A stretch of 64,000 nucleotides of DNA. Source: a bacterium. GTDB taxonomy: Bacteria > Patescibacteriota > Andersenbacteria > UBA10190. A program made the translations under genes and the position numbers. The stretch is from assembly GCA_030698495.1 (NCBI GenBank), contig JAUYKA010000035.1, forward strand, positions 8,778 through 72,777, read 5' to 3'. Shown here in pieces: positions 9,209 to 18,454 of this stretch; positions within the stretch are counted from its first letter, which is position 1; each line of letters opens with the position of its first letter. The notes beneath the pieces are model-generated. The model saw only the letters and a program-made list of their open reading frames with translations, made no database searches and had not been told where the DNA came from.

Positions 9209-10573
9209 CTACCCCCCATTCTGTATATGCAACCGTCTTTGTAATTCTTCGATAAGTTTTTCCTGCGGTATTACTTCCTGCATGCCGCTCTCCATGTTCC
9301 GCAAAATAACCGTCTTATCAATAACCTCTTTGTGTCCGATAATCAGCGCCGACTGTACCCGCAACCTGTCCGCCGCTTTTAATTGCGCCTGCATGCCATC
9401 GCGATGGATACTCTCGGCAAAAGGAATACCGGCTACTTGTAAATCGCGCATGATACGCAAAGACTGGTTTTTAGCCAGTTCCCCCAGATGAGCAATAAAT
9501 AACTGCGGCGCGTCGGTCACGGTCAATTCCACTTCTTCCGCTTTCAATTGATCAATCACCCGTTCCACACCAATCGATACACCGGTACCCGGCGTATCGC
9601 GACCGCCCAACGCTCTCACCAAACCATCGTATCTGCCACCGCCGGCTAGAGTGTTTTGCGCCACGTCTTCGCGTTTCTTAGCTACAAATTCAAACACGGT
9701 GTGGGTATAGTAGTCCAAACCCCGAACCAGCGACGGAGCCACTTCGTATTTTACCTCTAAGGCATCCAGGCTCTTTAACACCGACTCAAAATATTGCTTT
9801 GATACATCCGTCAAGTGATCCAACAATCGCGGTGCCGTGTTGGCTAGCTGCTGACATTTTTCCTCTTTGCAATCCAGCACCCGCAACGGATTGGTCTTTA
9901 ATCTTTCCGCGCAAAGCCGACACATTTTTTTGCGATTACGCCGATAATGATCGCGCAAAACCTTAATATATTCCTTGCGCTCTCCCGGCCCCCCGATACT
10001 GTTGATTTTTAAAACATAATCCTCAATCCCCAGTTCTCCAAACATCAAATTAGTCACGTAAATCACCTGCGCGTCCGTTATGGGCGCAGACGAACCAAAC
10101 ACCTCCAAGCCTATTTGATGAAACTGCCGCCAGCGTCCGGCCTGGGGGCGATCATAACGAAAATACGGACCAACATAAAAAAGTTTGACCGGCTTCGGCC
10201 AACTGCGCATACCATGTTCAATATAAGCGCGCGCTACCGCCGAAGTTCCTTCGGGACGCAGCGCATACTGACTACTGCCACCGCGCCTCTTTAATTCAAA
10301 CAACTCCTTGCTGACAATATCCGTTTCCTCACCCACCCCTCGAGTAAACAGTATTGTTTCCTCAAACATCGGTGTATCAATTCTCTGCCAGCCAAATCCT
10401 CTGGCCACCGCCTTGGCCGTCTCCACTACATACTCCCAATACTTCTGCTCCTGCGGCAAAATGTCCTGCGTCCCTCGCGGTACCTGCACGGGAAAACCGG
10501 CCGGCGGTTTAACCCTGGCGCTAGCTTTATTCTCCTCCTCTTGCTGTGCCTTTGTCTTTTTATTGAACACCAT
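9209..10573 (-). CDS. hisS: Histidine--tRNA ligase
   Basis: LRPEGT, FRYDRPQAGRWRQF, RGLDYY, GGRYD. Confidence 0.97.
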   Translation of the reverse strand: MVFNKKTKAQQEEENKASARVKPPAGFPVQVPRGTQDILPQEQKYWEYVVETAKAVARGFGWQRIDTPMFEETILFTRGVGEETDIVSKELFELKRRGGSSQYALRPEGTSAVARAYIEHGMRSWPKPVKLFYVGPYFRYDRPQAGRWRQFHQIGLEVFGSSAPITDAQVIYVTNLMFGELGIEDYVLKINSIGGPGERKEYIKVLRDHYRRNRKKMCRLCAERLKTNPLRVLDCKEEKCQQLANTAPRLLDHLTDVSKQYFESVLKSLDALEVKYEVAPSLVRGLDYYTHTVFEFVAKKREDVAQNTLAGGGRYDGLVRALGGRDTPGTGVSIGVERVIDQLKAEEVELTVTDAPQLFIAHLGELAKNQSLRIMRDLQVAGIPFAESIHRDGMQAQLKAADRLRVQSALIIGHKEVIDKTVILRNMESGMQEVIPQEKLIEELQRRLHIQNGG

Positions 10574-10701
10574 AAGTCTTTTATTCTACTACAAAAATTA
10601 ATAAATGCAAGACCGGGAAATTTCCCATAAAAATCGGATAAGCCAGTCAAAACAAATCAACCATTGACGATAAAATAACCTTTACTAATAAGCTTATCCA
10701 G

Positions 10702-11310
10702 TTATTGCAAACTAAGGTATCCCGGCTTCATTATCTCAAAAACACTAAAACGATCAAAGGGATACGCCCTGATCCACGTTCTTCCCACAATTTCAAACCT
10801 CTTTAACGGCCCCCACGACCTTGAATCGGAACTAGCGGAACGATTGTCACCCATCACAAAATATTCATCAGACCCCAACCTAACATCTAGTTGTCCACCG
10901 GTCCTGGTACCTGCCGATAAATAGCCGCTCTCGTCTAGCACAACTCCCTGCTGATATTGATCGTTTTGTATTACCACTCGCCCGTCGTTTACCCTGACAG
11001 TATCTCCAGGCAAGCCGATAATTCTCTTGATAAAAAACTGGGAAGGATTATTTGGGTACCGGAAGACAATAACCTCGCCTCGTTGCGGCTCGCGCCAACG
11101 ATATGATAATTCATCGACCACCAGATACTCACCGTCTTCATAACTCGGCTCCATGCTCGCCCCCCTCACAAAAAACGGCTGCACTAAAAAATAACGAACG
11201 GGTATAATAATTACCACCGCGATTAAAAAAACTTTTATCAGCTCCCAAAAAAAACTTCCGATCGACATCAGCGCCGCCTTTGCTCCTACGGTATCGTTTG
11301 GCTCATCCAT
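10702..11310 (-). CDS. lepB: Signal peptidase I
   Basis: GASMEP, FIKRIIGLPGD, GDNRSASSDSR; start reassigned to ATG 11310. Confidence 0.95.
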   Translation of the reverse strand: MDEPNDTVGAKAALMSIGSFFWELIKVFLIAVVIIIPVRYFLVQPFFVRGASMEPSYEDGEYLVVDELSYRWREPQRGEVIVFRYPNNPSQFFIKRIIGLPGDTVRVNDGRVVIQNDQYQQGVVLDESGYLSAGTRTGGQLDVRLGSDEYFVMGDNRSASSDSRSWGPLKRFEIVGRTWIRAYPFDRFSVFEIMKPGYLSLQ

Positions 11311-11508
11311 TTTTATTAACTTAATATTTATGCTTCTATTGTACGCCCCGCGCACAATGCGGCAAGGGTTGATAATTATCGAGTTGCCAATTTTGTTTAA
11401 ATCTTGTTCTCTATAGCCTAACCGAATATATGTTGTATACTCTACCCCAGTCACCGCAATTCCCTAACACGAAGATACACTGCGTTCTCGTTTTTGTCTT
11501 TAAAAATT

Positions 11509-13068
11509 ATGCCAAAAGACCAATCTAAATCAAGCGCGGAAAAACGTATTCTCTGGGAAATAAGAGACAAATATCAAATCCCCAAATCCCCGCGCCGCGG
11601 CAGTTTGACCGCTGCTGCCCGAAAACCCACTCTGTCTGGCCGACCGCAACTCGCCCACGTATCGCCTCCCCCCGCACCGCCGCGTCGAGACAGCGCCAGG
11701 AGCAACTCGCGCCTACCGTCTCGTCCCGCCAAAAAACATTGGCCGCGCCGTTTTTTCATTTTGCTTATAATTGTCATTCTTTTTTCCGGCGGGGTTTTCG
11801 GTTATAAAATTTTAGCCGCCGGCAACAAAATAAGCAGCGCCGAGCGATCTCTGATCGGACAGATCAAAGACCTTTTTCTCGTCGGAGACAAACAACTTAA
11901 AGGAGAAGCCGACGACCGCATCAACGTCATGCTGATTGCTATTGGCGGCGCCGGGCACTCCGGTGAAAACCTGGCCGACACTGTTATGATCGCCAGCCTA
12001 AGACCGTCCGATAATCGGGTATCTCTCCTTTCTATTCCTCGCGACCTTTATGTCCAAGTACCGGGCCAAGATTATTACACGAGAATTAATGCCGTTCACG
12101 CTCACGGTGAATCCCAGAAAGAAGGTCAAGGACCCGAGATGCTCCGCGGTCTGGTCGAAGAAGTTACCGGCTTACCTATTCACTATTACGGACGCGTTGA
12201 TTTCACCGCTTTTAAACAAATTGTTGATGCCGTCGGCGGCATCGACATTACCATTCCTAACGGTTTTTACGACTATTGGCACAAAATTGATTTTCGCGCC
12301 GGCACGGAAAAAATGGACGGGGAACGTGCCCTGGCTTACGTTCGCGCCCGCTACATTGAAGGTCCGGAAGGCGGCGACTTCAAAAGAACCACTCGACAGC
12401 AACAAGTCTTAATGGCTATTCAGGAAAAAGTTTTCTCCGTTAACACCGCTTTCGATTTCGCCGGGCTCAACAAAATTCTCAACTCGCTGTCGGATAACGT
12501 GCGCACCGACATGCAGTTATGGGAAATGAAAAGATTTTACGAAATAGCCCGCCAAGTCAAACATGACAACATCTCTTCAACCGTACTAACCACCGGTCCC
12601 ACAGCTCCCCTGGTCGGCGCTACTGAAATTCTTGGCGACACCCCCGCTTCCGTTCTTAAAACAAAAACCGGGGACTTCTCCGAAATCCAAAGCATTGCCG
12701 CCGGACTTTTTGACAATATTCCGAAGACTGTCACCGCCACCGCCCCACCCCAAGCCTCACCTTCAACCAGCCCCACCCCCCTAACCAAACCTACTATCGC
12801 CATCAGAAACGGCACCGCCATTACCGGCCTAGCCAAACAAACCGGCGATGACTTGAAAGACAAAGGTTACACCGTTACCGGTATCGGCAATGCTGCGAGT
12901 AAAGATACCTCCCAAACAACAGTTTATGTTATCAACGACGACTACGAAGACCAGGCCCAAGACATTGCGGACACCCTGCACGCCCAACTTTCCCATAACT
13001 TGCCGGATAGCGAACAATCCACCGACGCTCAAGTCTTAATTATTCTTGGTACCGATACCGGCGCCTAA
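11509..13068 (+). CDS. LCP (LytR-CpsA-Psr) family protein with C-terminal LytR_C domain
   Basis: ADTVMIA, SIPRDLYV, ALAYVRAR, GDFKRTTRQQQV; NGTAITGLA LytR_C. Confidence 0.93.
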   Translation: MPKDQSKSSAEKRILWEIRDKYQIPKSPRRGSLTAAARKPTLSGRPQLAHVSPPPAPPRRDSARSNSRLPSRPAKKHWPRRFFILLIIVILFSGGVFGYKILAAGNKISSAERSLIGQIKDLFLVGDKQLKGEADDRINVMLIAIGGAGHSGENLADTVMIASLRPSDNRVSLLSIPRDLYVQVPGQDYYTRINAVHAHGESQKEGQGPEMLRGLVEEVTGLPIHYYGRVDFTAFKQIVDAVGGIDITIPNGFYDYWHKIDFRAGTEKMDGERALAYVRARYIEGPEGGDFKRTTRQQQVLMAIQEKVFSVNTAFDFAGLNKILNSLSDNVRTDMQLWEMKRFYEIARQVKHDNISSTVLTTGPTAPLVGATEILGDTPASVLKTKTGDFSEIQSIAAGLFDNIPKTVTATAPPQASPSTSPTPLTKPTIAIRNGTAITGLAKQTGDDLKDKGYTVTGIGNAASKDTSQTTVYVINDDYEDQAQDIADTLHAQLSHNLPDSEQSTDAQVLIILGTDTGA

Positions 13069-13617
13069 CTCACCCAGAACAGCAACTTTAGTCAAACTTG
13101 CCATCGCCGTCAGTTTTTGTTTACTCATCGTTTCCCGCTCTGCCGCCGAAAATTTTTGCAGCACATATTCTTCAGCCTCCATATTCTGCGGCGGACGTCC
13201 TATCCCCAAGCGCAAACGACGAACATCCTTGCTCCCCAACGCTGTCTGCACCGACCGTACCCCATTGTGCCCCTTAGCGCTGCCTCGACCTAAACGAATC
13301 TCGCCCAACGGCAGCTCCATATCATCATGCACTAATAATATCTCCCCCTTATCTAATCGCTCGTATCGGATAAACTCGCCCACCGCCTCACCGGAATTAT
13401 TCATCATCGTTAAAGGAAACATAACCGTTATCTCGCAATCACCAAACACCAACTTGGCGCTGGCCCATTTCCCGCTCGCGTCTGTTTTCCATCCCGACTT
13501 CACCGCCGATTCGTTTTCTCCTACCCAGTCACGCAGTGTTGCAATGCCAAAATTATGACGCGTGTTTGTAAAACGCGTGCCAATATTACCCAACCCGACA
13601 AACAACATCTTTTTCAT
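13036..13617 (-). CDS. pth: Peptidyl-tRNA hydrolase
   Basis: VGLGN, TRHNFG, MNNSG, HDD, GHNG, LRLGIGRP. Confidence 0.96.
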   Translation of the reverse strand: MKKMLFVGLGNIGTRFTNTRHNFGIATLRDWVGENESAVKSGWKTDASGKWASAKLVFGDCEITVMFPLTMMNNSGEAVGEFIRYERLDKGEILLVHDDMELPLGEIRLGRGSAKGHNGVRSVQTALGSKDVRRLRLGIGRPPQNMEAEEYVLQKFSAAERETMSKQKLTAMASLTKVAVLGELGAGIGTKNN

Positions 13618-13631
13618 ATTTCCATCATAAC

Positions 13632-13742
13632 CCGGTTACGGTCTTCTGTGCAGTTCCACTGTCGAGAGTAGTGAGAAGCGTAGGAGGGGTTGCTTCGCAC
13701 CACAAGCTCGCCAGCGGAACCGCCAAGAACACTCATTACCAG
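13632..13742 (-). ncRNA. Candidate ~110-nt rod-shaped sRNA with apical CCCUCCU loop
   Basis: Continuous nested pairing; promoter TTGACT (13776-13771), 16 nt, TAGGTT (13754-13749) with extended TG. Confidence 0.55.
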
Positions 13743-13799
13743 CTTTTCAACCTAGCACATGCGCCTGGTAAGTCAAGAATAGTCTGGTGTTTGTCACGA

Positions 13800-13945
13800 A
13801 CCCCACTTCGCTCTCACTGAAGCTCGAGCTTCCAGCCTTCGCACAAGGCTTCGGCCGGCGCGGCGAGGGGTTATCCCCCTTCGCTAAAGCTTCGGAGGGA
13901 CAGGTATTTTCGCTCAAAATGCGTGGCTCACCTTCGGTGAGCTCA
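13800..13945. repeat. Cluster of short REP-like palindromes
   Basis: CCTTCGCACAAGGCTTCGG, CCCTTCGCTAAAGCTTCGGAGGG, GCTCACCTTCGGTGAGC. Confidence 0.55.
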
Positions 13946-13964
13946 CTTATTTTGGCGAAAATAT

Positions 13965-14463
13965 AAAAAAAAGACCCGTTGGCGCCTGAAGCTGCCACAC
14001 AAACCCTCGAGTTCAGACATGCTGATCTTTGAGGTTTCGCGGCAAGCCATCCACGGCGCCAAGCGGGTCGGGTAACGCCACTCCTCCGAGTGGCATCGAC
14101 CCTGGGCGTATGCTTCTACGGTATAGATAATAGCATCTCTTTACTGCACACACCCAAGAAAGAATGTCCTGCCCCGGGCTTTTCTATAACAGGCAAACCT
14201 GCCTAGTTAAAGCCCGGAAACAGGACAGATCGATTGAAGGAGGAGGAACGTCTGTTCGTTCCTTCTCTTCCTCTTCTCTGATCGTATGAGTAAACCTTTA
14301 CTCATACTCTCTCCTCCTTTCAATCTAGAGAACTGCTACGCCCAGAGGTCAGTTACCCTCTTTGAAAGGACTGTTTCCCATGACAGGCTCCCTTCCCAAA
14401 AAGAGTAACGGATCACCAGCTGTCTGCCTAAACAAACAGACCACCCCAATCAAGAAGTGGTGC
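13965..14463 (-). ncRNA. Candidate ~490-nt multi-domain structured RNA
   Basis: At least five stem domains; G-U pairs favour the minus strand; consensus promoter and terminal U8 tract; no long ORF. Confidence 0.65.
14207..14305 (-). CDS. Possible 32-aa basic peptide inside the large RNA (MSKGLLIRSEKRKRRNEQTFLLLQSICPVSGL)
   Basis: AAAGGAGGAG SD 5 nt before ATG; SD and start both lie in stems. Confidence 0.3.
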   Translation of the reverse strand: MSKGLLIRSEKRKRRNEQTFLLLQSICPVSGL

Positions 14464-14467
14464 CTAC

Positions 14468-14496
14468 AATATATCAATGCTTTTACTCATTGTCAA
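14468..14496 (-). promoter_or_regulatory. sigma70 promoter of the large RNA
   Basis: TTGACA (14496-14491), 17 nt, TATATT (14473-14468), overlapping the 3' end of the TrmB gene. Confidence 0.75.
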
Positions 14497-15262
14497 CACT
14501 TTCCGATTTGTCCCAAGCTAAATCAAAAAGACGCCTCATCATATCTGCCATAGACTGACTCTCGATAATTACCCCGCCAAGTTTTCCAGTAAACGACCCT
14601 ATAGCAATTCTGTCTTTAAAAATTGTCATACCACTGGTACTAGGAAACAGATCGGTCGGTACAAACCGTCTCTCAGATAATTTCAAATATTCTTTAGAAA
14701 AAAGCTTATTTCTCTGACTTAACGACCTAGTAGAAAAAATTGTCTTTGATTTGATTCTTTTTGCTAAACGTTGACGATAATATTGGTTCTCTTGTTCCGC
14801 AAAAACCGCGTCCAAATGATCGGATGGTGTAAAGTTGTAAATAACATCGCCCGGCTCGCTATACATCACAATTTCCTGTCTCATCGCATGCAGTCCCTCT
14901 TTGCCGCTAAAATACCTCACCGATGGTCGATCGCCAGCCGACTTCATTAATATCTGTAATGCCGGCAACAGACGCTCTAAATCATGCTCTTTGTCTTGTA
15001 TTACCTCGCGCTGCTTCTCCAACAGCCTCATCAACTGCCGCGGCGGCTCGGCTGAAAACAGTGTCTTTTTTCCTTCCTTGTATTGCGTTACCAAGCCCCG
15101 CTTCGCCAAAGAATCAAGCACTACGTAAGTCGTCGCCCGCACTACATGCGCCTTGCGCGATATTTGCTGTACCGCTGCCGAACCAAGCTCTAAACAAGCC
15201 AAGTATACCGAGGCTTCTTTATCCTTTAAACCTAGTTTTTTGAGTTCCGTCTCAAATGGCAT
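14483..15262 (-). CDS. TrmB family transcriptional regulator
   Basis: LGLKDKEASVYLACLELG...RATTYVVLDSLAKRGLV wHTH plus PLD-like C-domain. Confidence 0.88.
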   Translation of the reverse strand: MPFETELKKLGLKDKEASVYLACLELGSAAVQQISRKAHVVRATTYVVLDSLAKRGLVTQYKEGKKTLFSAEPPRQLMRLLEKQREVIQDKEHDLERLLPALQILMKSAGDRPSVRYFSGKEGLHAMRQEIVMYSEPGDVIYNFTPSDHLDAVFAEQENQYYRQRLAKRIKSKTIFSTRSLSQRNKLFSKEYLKLSERRFVPTDLFPSTSGMTIFKDRIAIGSFTGKLGGVIIESQSMADMMRRLFDLAWDKSESVDNE

Positions 15263-15303
15263 AGAATAGTCCTTGACGCTACATTACAAGCCTAACAAAG
15301 TCA

Positions 15304-18300
15304 ATGAACACTGCTCAAGACAACTGTCAATTATTATCAACAAATCTTCAGGAAAATCTGATGCCCTTTATCGAGTATTTAAAAAACGACCTGACTGCGA
15401 ATGATAACACCGCCAAAACAGACATTCCTATACGCCATCTGCCTTTGTTTTTGGCCTACATCAACACTTTCTTTAATCGGATTTTTGCCATAGTTGACAC
15501 GGGACCGCAACGTGCCCAGAAGCTATCCATAATAACTTCTCAATGGTCATCACTTCTAAATGTCAAAAATAATTGTCAATTAATTTCCGATACCTTAAAC
15601 CAAGCTGAAACCAGCGGCGATGTTGTGTCCAGTCTCAGTCAGACTTATCACCGTTTGCTTCTCCCCCAAAACCAGGAGAAAAACATATTTATTTTACCGA
15701 TAGACAAATTAGACATAGCCATACCCGATCCCGCGCAATATCAAAACAACATTATAACCATCACCGTCGGCGAGCCAACCACTCTAAGCCAACTCACCGA
15801 AGCCCTTATTAAAACCGGCTACCATCGTTATCGCGAACAACTGTCCGGCCCCGGTCTGCAAATCATAGGGGAACAGATGCATATCAAACACCCCCTTCTA
15901 ACTGGCTACTATGCCATAACCTTTTACGGCTCGTCTATTGAAAAGATAGTTCACCACCACGCCCGACGCGCTATCCGCCAACACCGCCTTAATATACCAC
16001 CTGCTTCTTTTTCCCAATCCCGTCAAAACATAACATCAATTTTATCCTCCTTTTTATTAATTCGGCCCGCGCACTCACCCGCGCCAAACCACACCAAAAA
16101 CATTATCTATAACGCGATCGGTGCCCATCGGCTTTTTCCTTTTCAACAACCTTCAAATCCGATGAAAGTCCTGTCTTCACCAAACAACTTTCTTCTTTAT
16201 ACTAATCATGACCGCGTTGCCAACTTTCTCAAAAATAATCGTTTATCGGTTAAATTATGCTCCTCTCCATTGGCAACCAACAATTCAAGTCTGGTCGGTA
16301 ACAACCTGGCCGTAGTTTGTGAACAAACACTTTTTCCTTCTACAGACAAGCAAAAAAACGCACCCCTATCTTATCAACAAGGGCTGGCTCTTATCAGCGA
16401 CTTGCGCGTCGGCCGGCCGGCCGTGCACAGCGACCATGGCATCGGCATATATGAAGGACTGCAGACAAGAACTATCAGCCATCAAACTCGCGAGTATCTG
16501 GTTTTGCGTTACGCGCAGGGCGACAGTCTATCCGTACCGGTCGAATACGCCCATAAAGTTACCGGCTATCTAGGAGACACCACCCCCGTCCTCAACCGCC
16601 TTGGCGGCAACTTGTGGTTTAAAACCAAAAAAAGCGCCCAACATGATGCCGCCAAGTTTGCTCGCGAACTCCTCGACCTCGCCGCCCGCCGGTCACAATC
16701 GACAGCCAATCAATATATTATTGACTCCGAATTGGAAAAAAAATTAGCCGACAGTTTTCCCTATAAACTTACTCCCGACCAATTACGCGCTTGGCTTGAT
16801 ATTCAAGACGATCTCGTCTCACCGCGTCATCTGGATCGCTTAATTGTCGGCGATGTTGGCTTCGGCAAAACGGAACTGGCGCTGCGTACTGCCCGCCACG
16901 CCGTTAACAACAATAAACAAGTCGCCATCCTCGCCCCCACTACTTTACTCGTCCAACAACACGTCGATAATTTCCACCAACGCCTGGCCGATATCGCTGA
17001 TCAAATAGGAGTTTTATCCCGTTTTTCATCCCCTTCCCAACAAACCGCAACCAAAAGACAAATTACTGCGGGCAGTTTAAAAATAATTATCGGCACCCAC
17101 GCCCTATTGAGCCCATCAATTGACTGGCAAAATCTTGGCCTCGTTATTATCGATGAAGAACAACGCTTCGGTGTTAAACAAAAAGAACACTTTAAGAAAA
17201 TCCGCGCCCATTTAGATGTACTGGCTCTTACCGCCACCCCTATCCCCCGCACCCTCTCCATGGCGCTCACCGGATTAAAGCAGTTATCCGTTATCAGCAC
17301 CCCTCCGGCCGGACGGCGCAGTATCAAATCTTTTGTCTGCCCACTCAATGACCAAGACTTCGCCCGCGCTCTTAACACCGAGCTTGTCCGTCACGGCCAA
17401 ATATATATTATCGCGCCCAAAATCCGTCAGCTTCACGCGCTGGCACATCAAGTCAATCAACTAGCGCCCCAAGCCAAGCTCGCGATTGCACATGGACGCA
17501 TGCCGGCCAAACAATTATCTGATGTCATGTCCCGATTCGATAACCAAGACATCGATGTTTTGGTGAGCTCATCTATTATTGAAAACGGACTTGATCTACC
17601 CCATGCCAACACCATCATCATCGTTAATGCCACTCATTTCGGTCTAGCCGATCTCTATCAGCTACGTGGACGCGTCGGACGACGCCAGCGCCAAGGTTAT
17701 GCCTACTTTTTTTATGATCAACATAAACTATCTGAACAACAACGCCGCCGGCTCACTGCCCTTATAGAAGCCTCGCGCCTGGGCTCCGGCTGGTCGCTCG
17801 CCCAAAAAGACTTGGAAATTCGCGGGGCTGGCAGTCTGCTTGGCGCCGAACAAAGCGGCACCGTCAACGCCGTCGGCATCCAATTATATCTTGATTTAAT
17901 CAAACAAGCGGCTGACCGGATGGAAGATAATTTCATTCCCCGCCGCGACGTTGATATCCTTCTGCCTTTACCGGCATTTATTCCGCCTCCTTACGTTGCA
18001 GACCCAGCCCAGCGCGCCCTCGTTTATCAAAAAATGTCCCGTGCCGACAGTCCCAAAAATCTCGAATTGGAACTATCGCGTTTAATAGAGCAATATGGTC
18101 CTCTGCCGCCAGAAGTCAACAACCTGCGTCTGGTCATCCTGCTCCAACATGCCGCTTCCAAAGCCGGCATCTCCCGCCTGGAAAGTACCGTTATCACACC
18201 ACCCGACGAAGACCCTTACACTAAGATATTTATAACCACCGCTAGTCCACCGGCTGTCCTGCGTAAAATCGGCGGTTTGGGCAATTGGCAGGTAATCGAA

Positions 18301-18387
18301 AACAAATTAGTGTTAGTCTTAGATGCTGTCACCCCAAAATTCATCTCACAGCTCATCGCTAAACTACTCAATAAACAATTAACCTAA
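15304..18387 (+). CDS. mfd: Transcription-repair coupling factor with divergent N-terminus
   Basis: VHSDHGIG CarD-like domain, GDVGFGKT, DEEQRFGV, TATPIPRT, QLRGRVGR, TRCF tail; start may be 15361. Confidence 0.92.
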   Translation: MNTAQDNCQLLSTNLQENLMPFIEYLKNDLTANDNTAKTDIPIRHLPLFLAYINTFFNRIFAIVDTGPQRAQKLSIITSQWSSLLNVKNNCQLISDTLNQAETSGDVVSSLSQTYHRLLLPQNQEKNIFILPIDKLDIAIPDPAQYQNNIITITVGEPTTLSQLTEALIKTGYHRYREQLSGPGLQIIGEQMHIKHPLLTGYYAITFYGSSIEKIVHHHARRAIRQHRLNIPPASFSQSRQNITSILSSFLLIRPAHSPAPNHTKNIIYNAIGAHRLFPFQQPSNPMKVLSSPNNFLLYTNHDRVANFLKNNRLSVKLCSSPLATNNSSLVGNNLAVVCEQTLFPSTDKQKNAPLSYQQGLALISDLRVGRPAVHSDHGIGIYEGLQTRTISHQTREYLVLRYAQGDSLSVPVEYAHKVTGYLGDTTPVLNRLGGNLWFKTKKSAQHDAAKFARELLDLAARRSQSTANQYIIDSELEKKLADSFPYKLTPDQLRAWLDIQDDLVSPRHLDRLIVGDVGFGKTELALRTARHAVNNNKQVAILAPTTLLVQQHVDNFHQRLADIADQIGVLSRFSSPSQQTATKRQITAGSLKIIIGTHALLSPSIDWQNLGLVIIDEEQRFGVKQKEHFKKIRAHLDVLALTATPIPRTLSMALTGLKQLSVISTPPAGRRSIKSFVCPLNDQDFARALNTELVRHGQIYIIAPKIRQLHALAHQVNQLAPQAKLAIAHGRMPAKQLSDVMSRFDNQDIDVLVSSSIIENGLDLPHANTIIIVNATHFGLADLYQLRGRVGRRQRQGYAYFFYDQHKLSEQQRRRLTALIEASRLGSGWSLAQKDLEIRGAGSLLGAEQSGTVNAVGIQLYLDLIKQAADRMEDNFIPRRDVDILLPLPAFIPPPYVADPAQRALVYQKMSRADSPKNLELELSRLIEQYGPLPPEVNNLRLVILLQHAASKAGISRLESTVITPPDEDPYTKIFITTASPPAVLRKIGGLGNWQVIENKLVLVLDAVTPKFISQLIAKLLNKQLT

Positions 18388-18454
18388 CAAAAAATTATTT
18401 TGTAATTTTGGATTGTCATTTTGATTTTTGCATTTTAAATTTTGAATTAACGAA

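Noticed and set aside
13747-13998. 83-aa ORF (SEALAKG)
   Set aside because: It is a translation of REP-like palindromes and the RNA terminal stem
13965-14463. RNase P, tmRNA, SRP or intron identity for the large RNA
   Set aside because: No GAGGAAAGUCC, no tRNA-like GGGG...UCCACCA ends, no SRP CAGG-GRAA-AGCA motif, and no host gene or group I/II core motifs visible
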